Assembly: GCA_040225955.1 (NCBI GenBank)
Contig: JBECUL010000002.1
Span: 38,312-102,311, forward strand
Length of the DNA: 64,000 nt
Direction of reading: 5' to 3'
Source: Candidatus Asgardarchaeum abyssi
GTDB lineage: Archaea; Asgardarchaeota; Asgardarchaeia; Asgardarchaeales; Asgardarchaeaceae
Shown here: piece after piece, positions 61,115 through 64,000 of the stretch
How the letters are laid out: each line of letters starts with the position of its first letter
Position numbering within the stretch: the first letter of the stretch is position 1
Made by a program: the position numbers and the translations under genes
The notes under the pieces: generated by a model
The model's input: the letters and a program-made list of their open reading frames with translations, nothing else
Told to the model about the DNA's origin: nothing
Database searches by the model: none

Positions 61115-63136
61115 ATGCCTCATCACATAAAGAGATACGTTTTCCCCTTTTCAGCGATTGTTGGCCAAGAAAATATGAAACTTGCCTTGCTATTGAATGC
61201 CATAAATCCGAGGATAGGCGGTGTTCTGATTCGTGGTCAAAAGGGAACTGGAAAATCTACAGCGGTTAGAGCTTTAGCTGATCTATTGCCAGAGATAGAT
61301 GTTGTAGAAGGTTGTCCATTCAATTGCAACCCTCATAATCCAAGAGAGATGTGCGATTCTTGTTTTTCGAAATTTGAGCATGGAGAAAAGCTAAAAGTAA
61401 AAAGAAGAAAAGTCAAAATAGTTCTACTTCCTCTCAATGCAACAGTTGATAGGGTTGTCGGAGCACTTGATATAAGTAAAGCACTAAAAGAGGGAATTAA
61501 AGCTTTAGAACCTGGACTGCTTGCAGAGGCACATAGAGGTATTCTCTATATTGATGAAGTAAATCTTCTTGATGATTACATCGCAGATATTCTCTTAGAT
61601 GTAGCTGTATCAGGGATCAATGTTGTGGAAAGAGAAGGAGTTTCTGTTTCTCACCCATCAAATTTCATTCTAATAGGCACTATGAACCCAGAAGAGGGCG
61701 AACTAAGACCACAATTGCTTGATAGATTTGGACTGCAGGTTACGGTGGAAGAATTAAAAGATCCTAAGGACAGAATAGAAATAATCAAAAGAGTGGAAGC
61801 CTTTGAAAACGATCCTGAGGAGTTTCTTGAGCAATTTAAAGAGAAACAAAAATTATTGAGAAATAAGATTATTCGGGCAAGAGAATTACTGCCCAAGGTG
61901 GAAATTTCGGACGATTTACTTCTACTGATAGTTTCATTATGCTTAAAGATAGGAGCCAGTAGCCACCGTGCGGAGATTACTTTAACAAGAACCGCTAAGA
62001 CATTGGCAGCATTTGATGGAAGAACCTACGTAACCGAAGAAGATATCAAAAGAGCAGCAATTCTTGCGTTGCCACATAGAATAAGGAAAATGCCGTTTGA
62101 AGTACCACAACTTGATTATGAAGCCTTAGAAAAGACAATGCATGAAGTCAAAAACGACTTAAAAATCTCAGGAGAACAGATAACTCAAATAAGAGAACAT
62201 CTCGAAAGAGAAAAAGACAGCAACAAAGAAGATAATGAGATAACTAGCACTGGAAGCAATAAGAGCACACAAAAGAAGAAAGTGTTTGACATACGTAAAG
62301 TATCTGACTTAAAGCTAAATAAAAATTTTACAGCCGCTGCTAAAGCAACTAGACCAGGACGAAGATTAAAAACCATTAGCAATAATAAGAGAGGAATCTA
62401 TTTCAACTCCAGAATACCTAAAGATAAGAAGATCCATGACATTGCATTTGATGCGACTCTTAGAGCTGCAGCCCTCCGAATGATCAAAAACAAAAATAAA
62501 TCTCAACAGCTTCAAATACAAAAAGAGGACCTACGCGAAAAAATCAGACATACTAAAACCTCTTCACTCGTTGTCTTCCTTGTTGATGCAAGTGGGTCAA
62601 TGGCTGCTATGAAAAGAATGGAAATCGCAAAGGGAGCTATGTTCTCCATATTAAAGGATTCCTATGTCAATCGGGATTTTGTTGCCTTTATAGCTTTCTT
62701 CGGAAATCAAGCAGAAATTTTAGTCCCTCCAACAAGAAACTTAGAAGCAGCAATAGCTACGCTTCGCAATCTGCCTACAGGCGGAAAGACACCACTAAGT
62801 CTTGGATTATTAACTGCATATAATGTCATAAAAAATGAAATTGTCTTCAAAGGAAAGCAAATAACACCATACTTGGTAATTATAACAGATGGAAAAGCAA
62901 ATGTTCCCCTAAGCCCACATACTGACATTAAAGACGAAATAATACTCTACTCTGAGAAAATAAAATCTCTCGGAACAAAAGTCCTCATCATAGATACACG
63001 ACCACCAATAGAGGACATAATCAAACTTCCTAATTATCTTGATGACATTGCAAGGCATACAAATGCAGAGTACTTACGAATCGATAATCTCAATAAAGAT
63101 AAATTGTTCCGTATCATAAAGTGTTATAAAGAGTAA
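61115..63136 (+). CDS. chlD: Chelatase AAA+ / vWA subunit (ChlI-ChlD-type)
   Basis: [43 protein letters not shown], acidic linker, MIDAS DASGSM, TDG. Confidence 0.9.
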   Translation: MPHHIKRYVFPFSAIVGQENMKLALLLNAINPRIGGVLIRGQKGTGKSTAVRALADLLPEIDVVEGCPFNCNPHNPREMCDSCFSKFEHGEKLKVKRRKVKIVLLPLNATVDRVVGALDISKALKEGIKALEPGLLAEAHRGILYIDEVNLLDDYIADILLDVAVSGINVVEREGVSVSHPSNFILIGTMNPEEGELRPQLLDRFGLQVTVEELKDPKDRIEIIKRVEAFENDPEEFLEQFKEKQKLLRNKIIRARELLPKVEISDDLLLLIVSLCLKIGASSHRAEITLTRTAKTLAAFDGRTYVTEEDIKRAAILALPHRIRKMPFEVPQLDYEALEKTMHEVKNDLKISGEQITQIREHLEREKDSNKEDNEITSTGSNKSTQKKKVFDIRKVSDLKLNKNFTAAAKATRPGRRLKTISNNKRGIYFNSRIPKDKKIHDIAFDATLRAAALRMIKNKNKSQQLQIQKEDLREKIRHTKTSSLVVFLVDASGSMAAMKRMEIAKGAMFSILKDSYVNRDFVAFIAFFGNQAEILVPPTRNLEAAIATLRNLPTGGKTPLSLGLLTAYNVIKNEIVFKGKQITPYLVIITDGKANVPLSPHTDIKDEIILYSEKIKSLGTKVLIIDTRPPIEDIIKLPNYLDDIARHTNAEYLRIDNLNKDKLFRIIKCYKE

Positions 63137-63325
63137 CCTTAATATCGATCATTAAAAGCTTAGAGTAATAATCGGATAATGCTCTCCATTTTGAGTTTCA
63201 CTTTAACTGCCTTGTTGAATAGATCAAAAATAATCCTTATCTTGGTAAAAGCTATGAAAAGGAAAATAATGAAATCTCTATAAGAAAAGTATGGAAAGAC
63301 TTAAGTTTATTAGTAATAGCGGGAA

Positions 63326-64000
63326 TTATAATTGCAATATAGTAATAACTAAGAAAAGAATAGTTGTAGTAAGAAAATCGGATAGAGATGCGATTAATGG
63401 TATAGTAAAGTTGTCTGGATTTAGGCCATGTTTAAATGTAAGGATTGCCGATGCAAAAGCGATTAACGTTACAGGAAGTAAGAGCAAGCCATTAGTCAAA
63501 ATTACAACCATGATTGCTTTTAGAATTTCAAATATTGATATCGTATAGATAAAGCATCCAATTATTGTGAAAATTATGAAAATTGCTGTTCCAGCTGAGA
63601 ATGTTCCGATAATAACTATTCGGTTTTCACGCTTGACAATCTCTTTGAAAGAAGGAGTAGCATATCCTATATTTAACTTTGTAGTGAACACTGATGCAAT
63701 AATTGACCCCTCATCGCCAACAGTATCTATAAGAGAAGGATATACTACTAGGATATACGGGAATTTTTCTATTTGATATCTGAACTGAGAGAGTATTCCA
63801 CCAGTAAAATTACTGATGATCGCTAAAATTACCACCGTGGGCATGCCCTCAAAGATTGTTTGCTGAAAGTTTTTACTTTTTATATACTTAGAAGATATTA
63901 TTAGAATGAACACGAAAATGAAAAGTGAAATATAAGAGAGTAGTATAAAGAGTTCTTCTGAAAAGATGAGAATCATTATAATAAGTACATATGTTGCGGA
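63326..64000 (-). CDS. MgtE/SLC41-type divalent cation transporter membrane protein (5' partial)
   Basis: YPSLIDTVGDEGSI and GLNPDNFTIPLIASLSDF motifs; frame open to the window end. Confidence 0.85.
   Translation of the reverse strand, partial: SATYVLIIMILIFSEELFILLSYISLFIFVFILIISSKYIKSKNFQQTIFEGMPTVVILAIISNFTGGILSQFRYQIEKFPYILVVYPSLIDTVGDEGSIIASVFTTKLNIGYATPSFKEIVKRENRIVIIGTFSAGTAIFIIFTIIGCFIYTISIFEILKAIMVVILTNGLLLLPVTLIAFASAILTFKHGLNPDNFTIPLIASLSDFLTTTILFLVITILQL

Noticed and set aside
2850-63776. Numerous short ORFs antisense or nested within long genes (e.g. 4753..5136, 46013..46405, 52410..52841, 41166..41459)
   Set aside because: Shadow frames of well-supported genes, with no motifs or ribosome-binding sites

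Overview
AT-rich (about one-third GC by eye) archaeal chromosomal window, with GGAGG/GGTGA ribosome-binding sites and TATA-like promoters. The mix of SBBP/FG-GAP propellers, DxDxDG repeats, fused FtsX permeases and a PCI-like domain suggests a possibly Asgard-type lineage, but no marker gene proves this. Left part: feoB end, a heterodimeric ABC exporter, nikR, a single-pass receptor-like Ser/Thr kinase (8 FG-GAP repeats, Ca-binding repeats, TM, PCI-like wHTH, kinase), an uncharacterised wHTH/Zn-ribbon + CorA-like + GNAT-CorA-like + HAD cluster, FtsX permeases, a transglutaminase-like protein, a very divergent FtsZ-like protein and exonuclease III. Middle: a GC-rich structured ncRNA resembling an orphan IS200/IS605 TnpB omega-RNA with its own promoter, superoxide reductase, and a toxin-antitoxin cluster in which four toxins are decayed while their antitoxins are intact. 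Right part: an intact CO-oxidising, H2-evolving locus (CorQ/CorR-like regulators, cooF-cooS-cooC-cooT, 7-gene group 4 [NiFe]-hydrogenase). It is bracketed by a CobN/ChlH chelatase carrying a near-perfect NikR box and a ChlI-ChlD ATPase, followed by an MgtE-like transporter. No tRNA, rRNA or CRISPR array was seen.
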